Positions 12,871 to 26,535 of a DNA stretch of 64,000 nt are shown piece after piece. The notes beneath the pieces were generated by a model. It ran no database searches and was not told the origin of the DNA. It saw only the letters and a list, made by a program, of their open reading frames with translations. The position numbers and the translations under genes were made by a program. How positions within the stretch are numbered: the first letter of the stretch is position 1; every line of letters starts with the position of its first letter. This DNA is from Lytechinus pictus (Eukaryota). The stretch covers positions 37,512,001-37,576,000 of the forward strand of contig NC_087251.1 of NCBI RefSeq assembly GCF_037042905.1. Direction: 5' to 3'.

Positions 12871-13823
12871 GTATCTAATTCACCTTAGATTCTTAAAAAG
12901 AAAAAACAAAAGGTCTATTTTATGTACACTTTTCTCCATTAGAAAAGACTGCAAGGTTTGTAATGTACCCTGCGTGTTATATTTCATACTTGTATACCAG
13001 TAAAACCTCTTACAGCAGATCAATTGCAGTGTCTGTTTTATGCCACATGTGTGTATGCTCATAATAAAGAGAGATTTATATGCTAATGGGACATAATAAC
13101 AAAGCATGGGATGATTAATTTGAATTGTGTTACCTGACAAAATATTTGTTTATGAAGCCCCTTGAGAGTGTTTAGTGTGTCAGTGTAAAAGCAGAGGTAA
13201 TGAAAATGAAACCTGCTGAATTAGCTCTTATTACTTTCCAATCTATTGTATGTTTCATTTTTTTTGCGGTGTTATGAAGATTTGTATTAAAAATAGTATA
13301 CAGTCCTTTTACTTTTGAGAGATGTTTGCCTGCCTACATACATGTATGTACATGGCCTTCCAGTGTAAAGATATCCATATACCAGCCATGCACTTTTGAT
13401 ATATGTACTTTTATGAGGCCTGTCTACATCGGCCAATGATTTCAAATTATATCATGCCTCCTTTTTTCCGGAAAACTATCCTGATCAGAATAATATCAAG
13501 ATTATTTGTAATAAGCCAGATATACCATGAGTTCGAGTCAACTTTCAATATTTTTACTGTGAAATTTTTATTGGGATTTATCCAGCTACATGTAATTCAC
13601 AAGTAAAGACGCAATCAGGGTTTTGGCTCTGAATAATTCATCTGTGATACTATTCCGGGAAAAAGACAATATTTTCTGAATGAGTCAGTGGCTGCTATTC
13701 GAGCCATAGACTGGTAGCAATTTATGTGCATGCGGGCTTTTAGAAATTTTGATACACTTTCAACATTTTCCATGTTTTTTGTTATCTATACAGGTTTCCT
13801 TTTAATGTGATTGGACAAGAGAG

Positions 13824-13913
13824 ATGTCCAGGATGCCCAACCTGACTACAGTCCACGAGACTGGGTCCCATTCTCATGGACACACTCATTCTCGAGTTAG
13901 CTCACGGTCACAT
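13824..13913 (+). CDS. MARK: PAR-1/MARK kinase, first coding exon (MSRMPNLTTVHETGSHSHGHTHSRVSSRSH)
   Basis: Acceptor TACAG| at 13793, in-frame stop TAA at 13803-13805, ATG at 13824, 30 open codons, donor CAT|GTAAGT in phase 0 matching the next exon. The N-terminus resembles the MARK 'MS.R.PL.T..E' start. Too short for the ORF track. Confidence 0.8.
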
Positions 13914-14156
13914 GTAAGTTCAGCTTTATAGCCTTCTATCGTGGATATTCACCATTCAGAGGAAATAAATCATGGCAATTGTTTCACAAAGAGTTCAGTG
14001 TGACTTAAGCTCATGCCTAATCGCCATCATGTGTACAGTATGACGTCATTGTGTGTGTCCTCTGAGCATTTTCTCACAAATGTGATGTTGTGCCATATAA
14101 GGAATTTAAGTTTGAACATTTAGTTGTACTTCAAATCTTTGTGAAACAGCACCCAG

Positions 14157-14680
14157 TTTTTTTGTCTCGCCCACCAGAGGTGAAGGCGAATCTAAGGGAT
14201 CCAAATGTTGCCCATCCGTCACAAACATTATGACACATAACTCCACAACCATAAGTCACTTTTTAACCATACGGTAGATGTACAATGGGGACTTGCATAT
14301 GCTGCAGTCGGAGGTCACATGGTAAGGTCAAAGGTCATTTTCAGGTCAACGTTAAAGTTTAGTGCTAGACTCTCTTATGACACATAACTTCGCAACCGTA
14401 AGTCACTTTTCACCCAAACTTGGGTTGTAGATGTACTGAGGAGACCTGCATGTCATGGGGCAATCAGAGGTCACATGGTAAGGTCAAAGATCATTTTGAG
14501 GTCAATTATTATGACACATAACTCTGCAACCGTAAGTCACTTTTATTTTGTTATTGTGTTTGGAGGTCACATGGTAAGGTCAAAGTTCATTTTGAGGTCA
14601 ACATTTCAGTTTACGTGCAAGACTCTTATGACAAATGAAGTTTTGATACAATTCTCTTGCATGCCCTCTCAAGTAACAAA
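14157..14680 (+). mobile_element. Helentron-associated (HINE/DINE-1/Tsp-like) element, family 2, 3'-truncated
   Basis: T-run then GTCTCGCCCACC with adjacent hairpin, tandem units containing GAGGTCACATGGTAAGGTCAAAG; homologous to 40151-40671 but lacks its 3' subterminal repeat. Confidence 0.7.
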
Positions 14681-14849
14681 GGGACCTTCAGCTCTGATTT
14701 CTTTAAAAATATCAAATCAGTGTTGACCAATGCCTTTAAAGATTTCAGAATGTCTTCATCTTCAATACTGGGCTGTATTTCCTGGAAGCAGAATTGTTGA
14801 TGACATTTCAACTTGGCCACATTTGTTTTTTTCTATCTTGATTGTGCAG

Positions 14850-15002
14850 GGAGATGATTCAACTAATTCCAGCTCATCAAGGAGTAGGAGTAGAACAGGT
14901 GATGATCAACCTCACGTTGGGAAGTACCGCCTCATCAAGACCATTGGCAAGGGAAACTTTGCCAAAGTCAAGCTGGCCAAGCACATCCCGACTGGCAAGG
15001 AG
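14850..15002 (+). CDS. MARK: PAR-1/MARK kinase, coding exon 2 (subdomain I, Gly-rich loop)
   Basis: TGCAG| acceptor, GAG|GTAAAC donor, 153 nt: [51 protein letters not shown]. Confidence 0.97.
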
Positions 15003-16345
15003 GTAAACTACCATCGTCTATCATGTTTAGTTTTGATTCTCAGTTTAGTCTGTAGTTCATTGATGGGCTGTTAAAACCTCTCAAAGTTTGTCATTTGAGG
15101 ACAGGTCAGAAAAAGAGGTTATCTAGAATTATTTTAGTGTTAACAGTGGTAACCTCATATTGTCTAAAAACAGTCTCCTTAATATCCATCGAGAAATATT
15201 TCTAGGTAAAAGAAGGTTGCTTCTTGAATAAGTTCTTCAAAATAAAGCTTTTTCTGAATTGTCCTCATTTTTTTCATTTTGAGATAGAATGATATTTTAA
15301 TAGCCCACCAGCATTTTTTTATTAACCATCTAGCTGCCTGAGTACATTATACCACCTCCTCTAAAAGATTATTTTATTTTTATGTTTTTCCTATTGTCGT
15401 GTCTGCTTTGTAACCACATTGGAGGGTTTAAAGGGAAAAAAAAAGTTGTAAAGTGTGAAGAACTCTTACATACAAGCACACCTACAATATGCAACGATAA
15501 TGACAAAATCCAGAGTTGATTCTTATTTTCTGGAGATGTCCAAGAAATATAGACAGGCTCATATATGTGATATAAGAAGTATGAAAAATAATTCATGCGC
15601 AAGCTCAGTTGGCTTATATTTGTAAATTTATATACACCGGTAGCTCATAGGAACACAATTGTTTTCCAATATTATCTCAAAGCTTTCAAGATCTCTGACC
15701 CAGAACAAATACATAACAAACAACCTACCAGTAATTCTACTTAGGTGTAATATGTCTGTCTACATTATCAGGGTGTTTTCATATCTGGAGAGCATTTCAT
15801 AAAGAGGTTTGTCAGTGATTTTCACTGAAAATCCTCACAACTGATTGGGTAATTGCTAACTAGTCAATGAAATCACCGATAAGATTGTTTGTGAAATGCT
15901 CCATGGTTATTACTCAGTATATCTTCAATAAACTGGAGTTGCAGTCTTGACTGCATATACTGATTTACGTCTGTCTTTAGCCTCTAAATGAAGATGGACT
16001 TCCCGTTTCAGGCCCATAAAGAATGTAAACTGATAGAATTTCAACTATACAGTCAATCTTCCAACTCCTGCCACGATTTCAGCTCTTGTAATTTCTCCCG
16101 GATAGACGACAGATAATTGTACCGTGAATCCTGGGGGGGGGGGGAATGATACCAAGAATTATTTTTTAGGTGAACACATCTATTCAGTTTTTATATATCA
16201 ACATATATTTGAATTTGTAAATTCTGTGTGCAAAATACAACCAAAATAGTGCAGAAATTCTGTTTTAATTGTTTTTATAATATTGTAGATATTTTAGCAC
16301 AGGTAATGTTTCCAGAGATTGTTTCTCTGTGACACTTCAGGATAA

Positions 16346-16570
16346 CAATACTAATAGGCATTTGTGCAATGTATAACACCATCTATGTAGAAATAATCTG
16401 TTCCAATGAGCGCGATGGAGCTTGAGCTTGTGCTGCCATTTTCAATGCTCAGTGCATTCAAGGAATTGATATTACCAGGTACCCATGTACCTCATCTGGG
16501 TTTTAAACAGGCCATGGCTAGGACTTTAAAGAAAAAGAAGAGATGCTGAACCACTAGACACCAAGAACCC
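16346..16570 (-). mobile_element. Degenerate tRNA-derived SINE
   Basis: Contains GCATTCAAGGAATT and GGTACCCAT.TACCTCA.CTGGGTT, the reverse complement of the core of 45388-45673; head partly deleted. Confidence 0.6.
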
Positions 16571-18419
16571 CTCTTATAAAATACATATCCTCTGATACAT
16601 TTGAAGCCTGCATGTAGCAAAAGTGATTTTCTTTCAGTCAGTCAAAGTATGAAAACAAGTACATTGGTCATCAAGACACACTTGAATTAAGATCCATGGT
16701 GGACGTTGGACTTTGGTCTGTATAAGATCATCGGAGCAACAAGTTTATTGGTTTAGAGTCAAGAGTTCATATTTACTCAGCCCTGTTGTGCAAACCAGTG
16801 TTGATTACCAGGGCCTAATCCAAGCTGGACAGTGGTGGACTGCACTTTGCATTTACATATGATATTGGTGGAATCTAAATTTGATTAGGAGACGAGGCAT
16901 GCTAATGAGTTGGAGTACTCTCTTTTTTCCCCTCCACTTTTTCCATTCATGCCTGTGGGCCGACTGTTAATAAATCAACTGTCCATTTCAAATTACGCAC
17001 TACAGCCACACCAGCAAAACTCCACACCGGTCAATGGTATTAGAGATAACGTAAAACTTGGGTCGTTCTAGAGTCAGATTTGTCAGTGTGACTGTAACAT
17101 TACATCCCTATACTTGTATATGTTTAGTATTAGGCAGCTCCAGGATTATAGATTGGTAATGCAAAGTGATGGTATTTTGTTTTCTCAAAAATATAAAAAG
17201 ATTTATTCAGTTATTGATGATTGTGACCTAAAACTACCCTATCCCCTTTCTTGCTCTCATAGAATTGTTTGATTTTGCCTTCCATATGCTGTACATTTCA
17301 TACATCTCCATTATGTCCATAATGTATGAATAAAATACATTCATTGCAAATAACATTTCACATTTATTCAGTTATTTTTTGGTTCATCTTTAAAAAATGA
17401 AATATGATATGTACAAAGCATTTTCAAAGTCAAGGTAAACAAACCTCACAAACCTGTCCTGCAGTATTACAATATTCTTGCATTGCTTTAAGAAAAGAAT
17501 ATAGAGTGAGCAGGAGAGATGTTAGAACTCTAAGAAGATTTTTGTATGGAGTATGAAATACCCAAAATATCCAAAGTATGATCCTGTTATGCTAACACTC
17601 ATTCATGTATTCACTCGTAATACATTCCAAAATGCATGTTCATTCTTGCTGCATGCCTGACATACCGACTCCCACTGGCCCAATAACAATGAAACAAGAT
17701 GCCAAATCCTAAGCCTCCACCTCCCATAAATGTGGACACAGACACCTTTTTTATTCATGCGTTAGGATTCCCTGTCATTTTCCTCCAAGAATCTCATGAC
17801 AGAGATGAAAAATCCAATTTCGTCTAGAGAATATGTTGGCAGCCGAAATGTCACACACCAAGCTTGTGCTCTAGTCACAATGCAAGACTTGGGGGTCACT
17901 GTAGCAAACCTTCCTCCCAGCCTACGGGTCCATCTGCACTGTACAAAGGATGGTGGCGCTCCATTATGTTATTCCAGATGGATAGGAAATAAGGCTCTCC
18001 ACATGAGTCGATAGCAATCTTGCAAGAGATCTTTAAAGGGTCTTCGCCGTCGGTCATCCCAATATTTAAATATTGTATCCAACAGTTGATCAATAAGATC
18101 TAATTACATTTTCAAGATCTGAATCTGGAACCATAATTGTCCATGTACAATGTAGTTTCATTTACCAGTATAAAAAAATGACCATTCATAATAGGAAATG
18201 TATGTGATATTCTACTTAGTAAATTCTGATCATTATCAGAAATCCTTCATCTTTGTATCCCAAATTTCTTGTGCATTAAAATGATCTTTAAGTGCAGCAA
18301 AATCCCACTCTTTATTCTTTTAAAATAGATCTCAACAATTCTGAGAAATCTGCATAATAGAAATGTGCTATTTTATAATACAGGGAGTGGTCAAATTTTT
18401 CTTATTTGAATTAAGGGAG

Positions 18420-19410
18420 TAGGGGAGAGTGGGGGTAAATGAGGCACCCCTTTCATGATTCTATTTATATCTTTTTAATGCCTAGCACTACAAACATGAT
18501 TAAATGTCTTAATACTAGGTCTACAGTTGATCTACATTATCCAATAGAAATATGAAAACGAATCAACTTCATTTGCATATTAATGAGCATTAAACATTGT
18601 CAGGGGGCCTTATTTGCCCAACTGAAATGGGGCAAATGAGGCCCATTGATCAAAAACTATTTTTATTGCTATATTCAAGTAAAAATAGTTCATTTGGTTT
18701 GATACAATCATTGAACATTTACTAGTAACAATCACAAAATATTAAATTATTTTTTCAAAAGCCCCTATTTAAGGATTTATTTTTTAAATCCTATCCAATA
18801 TTATGAAGAAAAATGATTGGGGGATTGTTTTTTCAACTGTCAAAGTTATATCAATTTTTTATCATTATGTTTCTACATGTTCTTTTGGAAATGTATACTT
18901 TTAGTGTATGTAAGCAAGTGTGGAGATGTATACACTGTATTTTACTGTTTTAACAGATCTTACCATAGAGTGATTATTATGTTTTAATCCAGGGGCCTCA
19001 TTTGCCCCATCAGGCATGTTAAGATCATAGGCTTCCAGTAAGAAAAAAAAGGGAAAGTGGGCAATTTTACTACAGTATTGGCATGTAAATTAATGCCATG
19101 TAAATTAATGCCTTACAAAAGTAAACTACTGGTAAGATATTAAAAAGTTAATTCACATTTCTGTAAAGTGGTCATGCTACTTTCAAAATTTTGATTTTGA
19201 GGTGCTGCTAGTTTAGTTTTGTGCTTCTCATGGCCAGTTATGTGCATTGGACTACGGGACATTGTTTATGCTCAAGATATGTGCAAAGGAACTGTCTCAA
19301 ATACCACACAAACAGCCATCCCCTTGACTCTGGTAAACTTGAGAAGTGAGCACCAAACTAACTGGGGGCCTTATTTACCCCAAGGCCTCAACTATCCCAC
19401 TCTCCATTAC
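18420..19410. mobile_element. ~1-kb Tc1/pogo-like MITE
   Basis: TAGGGGAGAGTGGG ... CCCACTCTCCATTA inverted ends; repeated GGGGCCT(T/C)ATTT(G/A)CCC motifs near 18603, 18991 and 19364. Confidence 0.6.
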
Positions 19411-20968
19411 ATTTATGATATATGTAATAGACATTTGAATTATATTCATGTGGATAAAATGTAATGTATGGGGATAAAGTACAATGGTTCTAGTCTAGAC
19501 CGAATTGATACTCTAACGCAATAAGGTAAACTTGACCTTTAAATACATCCATTTGTGTAGAACTCTCCTGCAATTGCTTTTCCATGCATATTGCATGCTG
19601 TGTCCCATAACTCTATAATGTGGTCATCTGACCATGTCCACATTTTCCTTCGTCTCCATTTCTGCCAAGTTTGTCTCTTTTTACCCTTTTTTTACCCTTT
19701 TTGTCTCTTTCTCCTTTTGTCTCTTTCCCTTTTTGTCTCTTTATTCCGTCTCTGTCTCTGTCTTTCTGCAGTCTTTTCTCTTGTTATTTCTTTTAGATTT
19801 GTATAGTAATTGCACAGCGTATAGACAGACACTCGGCCTACGAAAATAAAAGGTCACACTTGCTGTTACTTTGAATATGAATATGAGTTATTATTTTATA
19901 AAGTATTTTTCTCAATTATTTTTTCATGAGAAAGTAATTGTCTTTATCAATGAAGTGATAGAACCCTTTGCCAAATGAGGGGTGAATCAGCTCTCTGTCT
20001 GACACTTGATCCTTTGCAATTTTTTTGAAGTTCAAATGAAATTACTAAAAGGTCATGCCAGCCCAACAAAAGTGAGTTTCGATCCATAGAGAAAAATAAA
20101 ACAATTATAACACAGAAAATTCCAGTGAAATCTGATTGTAAGAGCGATGCCATATGAACGTTCAACTGCCATTTATAAAGCAACCGCTAAAGAGTATAGG
20201 TGGTGCGCCATGATGTCAAGCCATTTGACAGTTTGGAGAAGAAAAAAAAAACCTGCACGAAGTGTTTGAAAATTTACAGCCACGAAATACATAGATCCAT
20301 CGTCCATATCTAACTGATGTTTTATTTATTTGGAAAATACCAAGAAAATGAGGAATGTTTCCTCTTTTCTTGATTCTTTAAGTCTAAGATTGATTTCTGG
20401 ACATTTCAGTTGCTGTTGTGTTAGACTACTAACATCAATTTGTACATGTGGGACTGGTTCCCGTTCTCAACGATCAGTGATTCAAGATACAAGTACATAC
20501 AAACCTGTACACACAATTCAGCTCAATCAGTTTGCCTTATGAATACCTGGGCAGTATACTGGCACCTCCCTTATCACAAATTTACCTGGTACATGTATTT
20601 CAAAATGGGTGTTTTGCCCAGTTAAAAAAAAATCTGTGGGAGAACACAGTATCTTTTTTAATGATGCATGCTTCGATTAACTTTTATCCTCATGGTGCGT
20701 TCTTTGCTAGATACCTCAATGCAAAATCATATGCAGGTATAAATGGAGATACCAAATAGACATAGGATAACGGACTATTGCTTTAATGGTCCTAAGTTTT
20801 TTTTTATAACCATGTATTAAGTAGGTGATGATTGCTTTTCAGCACTGAGGATTAGTTGTAAACATGATTTTAGTCCTGTTCAGTGCTCTTTGGATGTGTG
20901 ACCTTTGGGCATTATGGTTACAGTGTCAAAATTTACATTAGGCCTGAAAATAGTTTGTTCACCTTTAA

Positions 20969-21552
20969 AGGTCAAGTCCACCCCAGGAAAATGCTGACTT
21001 GAATAAATAGATAAAAATCAAACTAGCATAATGCTGAAAATTTCATCAAAATCGGATGTAAAATAAGAAAGTTATGATATTATAAAGTTTTGCCTATTTT
21101 TCACAAAACAGTGATATGCACAACTAGGTGAGTCAGTCGATGATGTCCATCACTCACTTTTTCTTTGGTTTTTATTTTTGAATTATACAATATTTCATTT
21201 TTTATAGATTTGACAATAAGGACCAACTTGACTGAACCATATCTATTAAACAATGCAAATTCCACATGTTCAGTGAGGAATTAATGTATCACTTGACAAT
21301 GAGGAAAAAATTAGAATATTTCATATTTCATATAATGAAATACAAAAGAAATAGTGAGTGGATGACGTCATAGTCTCCTCATTTGCATACCAGCCAGGAT
21401 GTGTATGTGACTGTTTTGTGAAATTAAGCGAAACTTTAAAATGTCATATCTTTCTTATTTTACATCCGATTTTGATGAAATTTTCAGTGTTATGCTTGTT
21501 GGATTTTTCTCTTTTTATTCAAATCAACTTTTTGTTGGGGTGGATTTGTCCT
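20969..21552. mobile_element. Kolobok/T2-type MITE, diverged copy
   Basis: TTAA|AGGTCAAGTCCACCCC ... GGGGTGGATTTGTCCT|TTAA; long imperfect TIRs; same family and orientation as 29262-29864. Confidence 0.85.
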
Positions 21553-22505
21553 TTAAAGGAGAAAGAAAATCAGGGTCACAGTAAGTTGAGATTTTTTGTT
21601 TGTTCATTTTATTTTGTATTTTTTTATAGATATGATGTTCATATAAAAGTGCCTCTAGATCTGCCTTTATTTGGAGATTGAGGGTTGTTCAGATAACAGT
21701 TGTCTTGTACTTTAATACAAAATGGACAATGTTACACTGTACCTTTTGCCAATTTTTTTAAACAACATTTGTCTTTTTTGAAGAAAAAAAATTGTAAAAA
21801 ATAATTTTTCTAAATCAATTTTTGAGGGGACAAAATTTAATTAAAAGTAAAAGTTGGCAGGGAGGGGGGGGGGCTTATTTTCAAGGAACTCGAGTCAAGT
21901 ATCTTGTATCAAATGTATGAAATAAAATATTGAATCTATTTGTCATATTCGTCTCATGGAGGGTGACACATGAAAGATTTATTTTAATCAAGTATGATTT
22001 AATCAATAGGATTAGATAACGACCATGAGAAAGATAGAGAGAAGACAATAGTAGGGGGTGACATTGAAAGATCTTCATCAATATATCATTCAAGAACTCA
22101 ATTGAAAGGGTGCGCAGATAATGTATGCATTCTATCCTAAGCCAATTATGATTTACTCTAATTACGTATTGGCTGGGACTTTTTCTCTTAACTCAATTAC
22201 GGGTGTGTAGCTGGCAGCAACTATCTAATCTCATTTGGTGATGAGTTCATGAGAAATAGACCTCAGGTAGATGCCAATACTGTGTGTGTTTGTGTGGATT
22301 TATGCGTAAGGCGAAATCCAAATCAAGGTGGCTCCGTGGAGTTCCCAGATTGAAGTGATAATCTTCTGACAGAGGATGTTTAATCAGACCCTGTGACATC
22401 AATTCCATGATCAGTCTTTGCGATTGATTGCGGGGCTGATTTTTATAATGAACTATAATCAATAATAATCAATGACAATCAATCTCAGAAATCAGCCCTA
22501 CACTC

Positions 22506-23054
22506 ACCTTTTTACACAGGATTTTCTTAGCCCCGGACTATCGCTAACCCCGTACTATCCTTAACCCCGTACTATTTTTTTTCCTTTTTACACATGCCAA
22601 ATTGTTATTGCTAACCCCGGATAAGGATTCCTTGCTTTTCACACACGAAACTCGCTAACCCCGGACTAGTGGTTTTTGTCGATCATTCGTAGTACAAGTA
22701 CTTCACTCGTACCTTTTTACACACGCTACAATTTCCTTAACCCCGTACTATAGGTGGGGCCAAATTGCCATTTAGCCCCACCTATAGTACGGGGTTAATC
22801 TTAGCCCACTTTCGTTTTACACTAGCGATCTTAACCCCGTACTATCGCTCTTAGCACCGCAATTGCTGGGATAACCCTGCTTTTTTGCAGGGCCAAATAA
22901 TCCCGTACTAAAGGTGGGGTTAGCCCACTTTGCAAAAATGCTGTGTAAAAAGAAAGTGGGCTAAGCTTAACCCCGTACTATAGGTGGGGCTAAATTGCCA
23001 TTTAGCCCCACATATAGTACGGGTTAAGGAAATTTTAGCGTGTGTAAAAAGGGT
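22506..23054. mobile_element. PIF/Harbinger-like MITE with duplicated internal hairpins
   Basis: CCTTTTTACACA/TGTGTAAAAAGG ends; TAACCCCGTACTAT repeats; the hairpin TAACCCCGTACTATAGGTGGGGC...GCCCCAC.TATAGTACGGG occurs twice; related to 6423-6853. Confidence 0.75.
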
Positions 23055-24149
23055 ATATGGGTCCAGAGGTTTGCATTGCATCTATGGTTTTGTAATGAGA
23101 CATTTTTCCATGGATCTAGTAGCATGAACCCCCTCCCCAGAATTGATATAACAAGTATGTATTTTTGTTGATTATCAGTGCATTCTGATCAACAAAATAG
23201 TATTTGGGAAATATTATCTATATTCAATTAACATCCATTTTCATGTAGTTTGTTAGCAATCCTTAAGAAAAAAAATTGATGATGAAATTATTTTTTACTT
23301 GTTGATTAAAAGGAACAGTGAACGGATGTTAAGTGCCTTATAACAATACTAGTCTGGGGGTTAGGTCATCATCTCTATACAGACTCCCTATACATGTAGA
23401 TGCTCACACACCCATTATTAGGCATTGAAGCCTAACAATGGTGATTTCTGTGAAAGGAGCTGGCTTCAAAAGCCCAAGCTCCAGGTATTGAGTTCATACC
23501 CCTGTTATTGAGTGCATTGATGTCAGTTATTGTCACCCTCCTTGCCATTCACATCAAGGGAAGGAACCTTCACACGCTTTTGTGTTGCGATCACAGAGAA
23601 CCGAACAGTGTTCAACTGCATTACACGTATGTGGGATAGTACAATTGATTCCGTGGAAGAAAGTTTGTTTACTTCCCAATATTGTCCAAATTTTGGTCAG
23701 ATGTGGTGTTGCAATCCGATGACCCCCAAAACAACAAACTAACACAACATTTTGACTTTTGTTGTATAGCTTGGACCAGGATACCCTCAAATTTACATAA
23801 CATGACTTACAACACTACTGACCTCTTTTAACATGATAGAAAATATAAGCCTACCAAGGAGGTTCCATTTGTTATCCTGTTATTTATTAAAAAACACACC
23901 AATATTGGCAACTGTGTAAGGTCAAACTATGCTTGACCTTTTGGGCTTAGTATAAAGAAACCTGTAGTGTACCCATTGACATCTTCTTATTTGCCTGATT
24001 ATGATATGTAACTTAAGATATTCCTATATTCAAAGCAAACATAGTGGTTATAAATGATGAATTAAATCATTGAAAAAATGATTTTCCTGAAATTTCTTAT
24101 TTGCATAATGCATACCATTTATAAAAAAATAAAAAAATAAATGAAAGAG

Positions 24150-24856
24150 GTGGGTGTTTCATGAAGTTGGTAAAGTTATGGAAGACTTTACTCAAGAGTG
24201 GAACATGTTCATAGGTGCAAAGTCAGCTACATATACATTATTCACTACAAGAAAGGATCATCTGGCCCTGTCTTACAAAGAGTTACGATTGATCCAATCA
24301 ATCGTAACTATGGAAATCCATCAGTGTCATAATTTTTTTCTACAGGAAATATACACAATGTCTTTGTAATTAAAGACAAGCACAGTGAATTTTCCAGAAA
24401 GCAATGAATTCATGAATATACATCATAGTTGGAAAATATTTTAAGCAAACATGGATAATAGATGTTGACGTTGCTAGCCGGCCATAGTTATGATTGAATG
24501 GATCAATCGCAACTCTCTGTAAGATGGGGCCCTGGTTTCTGTCTTACAAAGAGTTGCAATTGCTTAAATCAACCACAACTATGGAAAGCCAGCAACATCA
24601 ACATCCTATAAAATGCATGTCTGTTTTTTTTTAAATAATTTCAAGATATGCTGTATATATTCATACATCGATTGTCTTCTTGAAAAATTTATTCTCTTTG
24701 TTTGCAAAGGACATTGTGCAAATTTCGTGTAGAAAAAATTCTGACCTTGATGTAATTCTGTTGAAGTTGATCAGATCAATCGTAACTCTTTGTAAGACGG
24801 GGCCAAGTTGTGCATAAAGTCATTCGTAACTTACAAACAGCTTTATGAAATACCTG
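24150..24856. mobile_element. Nested MITE cluster: a GTTTCAT...ATGAAA element interrupted by two tandem ~270-bp MITEs (24264-24531, 24534-24804)
   Basis: Inner copies have TIRs GTCTTACAAAGAGTT(A/G)C / G(C/T)AACTCT(C/T)TGTAAGA and opposite internal orientation; the outer halves match 12698-12870 and 47175-47345. Confidence 0.7.
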
Positions 24857-25516
24857 CTAAAAAAGGATTGGGATAACATGTACATGTCGGGCTCCATGTA
24901 TCCGTTATGAAGTGACAGTCATGTAGTCGTGGGGAGTCGAGTAATAATGTAAGCACTTGTCTTGGAGGTGCATGACTCTGTGTTTCCACCTAGTATGCAA
25001 ATGAGGCCTGCTCAATCAGGGCCTGCTGCTTTCTCCATAAGGCTTGTCAAAGCACATGAGAGCGCAACAACATTTGCCATGTCGACTGCAATCACTGAAG
25101 AGTCAACATTAGGGATCTTGTGAGAGCACTTTGGGTATTGTAAATCATTGCTGTGACAAGTTAAAGTACAATAGTCATTTAGCTTGCTATCTCTCCCCCC
25201 CCCCTGCCATTTTAAAGAAGTAGCTATTACATATTCCCTATACAAGGCATTTTGGTAGATAAATCAATGTCATATTTTGTTCCGTACTTTCAATCCATGA
25301 CCAACAGGCTAAACATTTGCCATGTCGCCTTCCCCGGGCTTTGCCCATGGGAATACTGTACAAAAACAGAAGGCAACATTGGCCATATTTCTGCTAGTGC
25401 ACTTGGTGCAGTAGGAGCCAATTTTGGTCGCTAAATTCAGTATTCACGAAATCTGGTTGGAACCACTTTGTGAACCAACGCATTGTAGATAATGCGCGGC
25501 GCAGCTAGTGCATACG

Positions 25517-26319
25517 TAGGGACAGTGATTTTCCGTTTAAAAAAATTGCCTTTTCCGTTTCAGAAAATCTCAAATTCCGTTTCAGCATGTCAGAAAACAA
25601 AAATTCCGTTTCCCCATAGACTTTGTACACATGGAAAAGTGACAATTCCGTTTACACATTGAATAGCAAAATCACAACACGCACACTCGCACTGGTCAAA
25701 ATTTGTATCTGCTACTGTACCAACAACACAATAAAATCGGTTCTAATCGGATCTATGCGGGTGCATAAAATATTTTTACACACCCATTTTGCATGCATAC
25801 ATCCTCACCTTTCATATTATTACCATTATTTCACGGTGAAATGATATTTCATCGATAATTTTGGGGGTTTTTGGACATCGTTATCATCAGTCAACGGCTT
25901 TTGCCAATCCGCCATCTTGGATTTTAATACCACGATATCGTGCTGTTACATCTTCAAACGTAGAGGGCAGCAACACACGACCGTGTACATGAAGTTGAAC
26001 GATATGTGTGCATGTGAAGCCCAACCCGGCCGGCCGGGTACGGGCCGCGCCAGGTACGATGCGGGGTACAATCGAGTGCGGTCACGATGTGTGAATTGTC
26101 ATGATATTAGCGAAGTGAGATCGTGTTTTCTGGGGTTTTTTGGCCATTTAATATTCTCATTTTGTTGTGATTTTGAAGTAATTTCTGTTGCTATTCTGTG
26201 TATTTTGAGGGAAAATATATTTTCCGTGATTTTCCGTTTGAAATGCCACTTTCCGTTTCAAAAGGCCCTTTCCGTGAATTCCGTCCGTTTTCCGCGATCG
26301 CGGAAAATCACTGTCCCTA
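25517..26319. mobile_element. 803-bp MITE with 6-bp TSD, nested in an older element (about 25438-26468)
   Basis: 19-bp perfect TIR TAGGGACAGTGATTTTCCG/CGGAAAATCACTGTCCCTA; TSD CATACG (25511-25516, 26320-26325); many subterminal TTCCGT motifs. Confidence 0.85.
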
Positions 26320-26535
26320 CATACGCATTCCCAGCTGATCAAACCCAAGTGCAAGATTTTTACACATTAAGTGTATGTGCGCGCCATGCATGATACTCGA
26401 CTGCGTGGTAACAATTTACGTCACAATTGCCTAGCAAGGATTACTTCGCTAAGTTTGCGAATAACCTGACATCAGAAGTAGTGATAAACAAACAGGCTTG
26501 TAAAATGACACATTATACAGCTGTAGGTAATGATA

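Noticed and set aside
22506..23054. CRISPR-like array from TAACCCCGTACTAT repeats
   Set aside because: Irregular spacing, no unique spacers, no cas genes, eukaryotic context; these are internal MITE repeats.
25917..26393. Longest ORF (158 aa) as a transposase
   Set aside because: Lies in a MITE, runs through its TIR and shows no DDE, BED or THAP motif.
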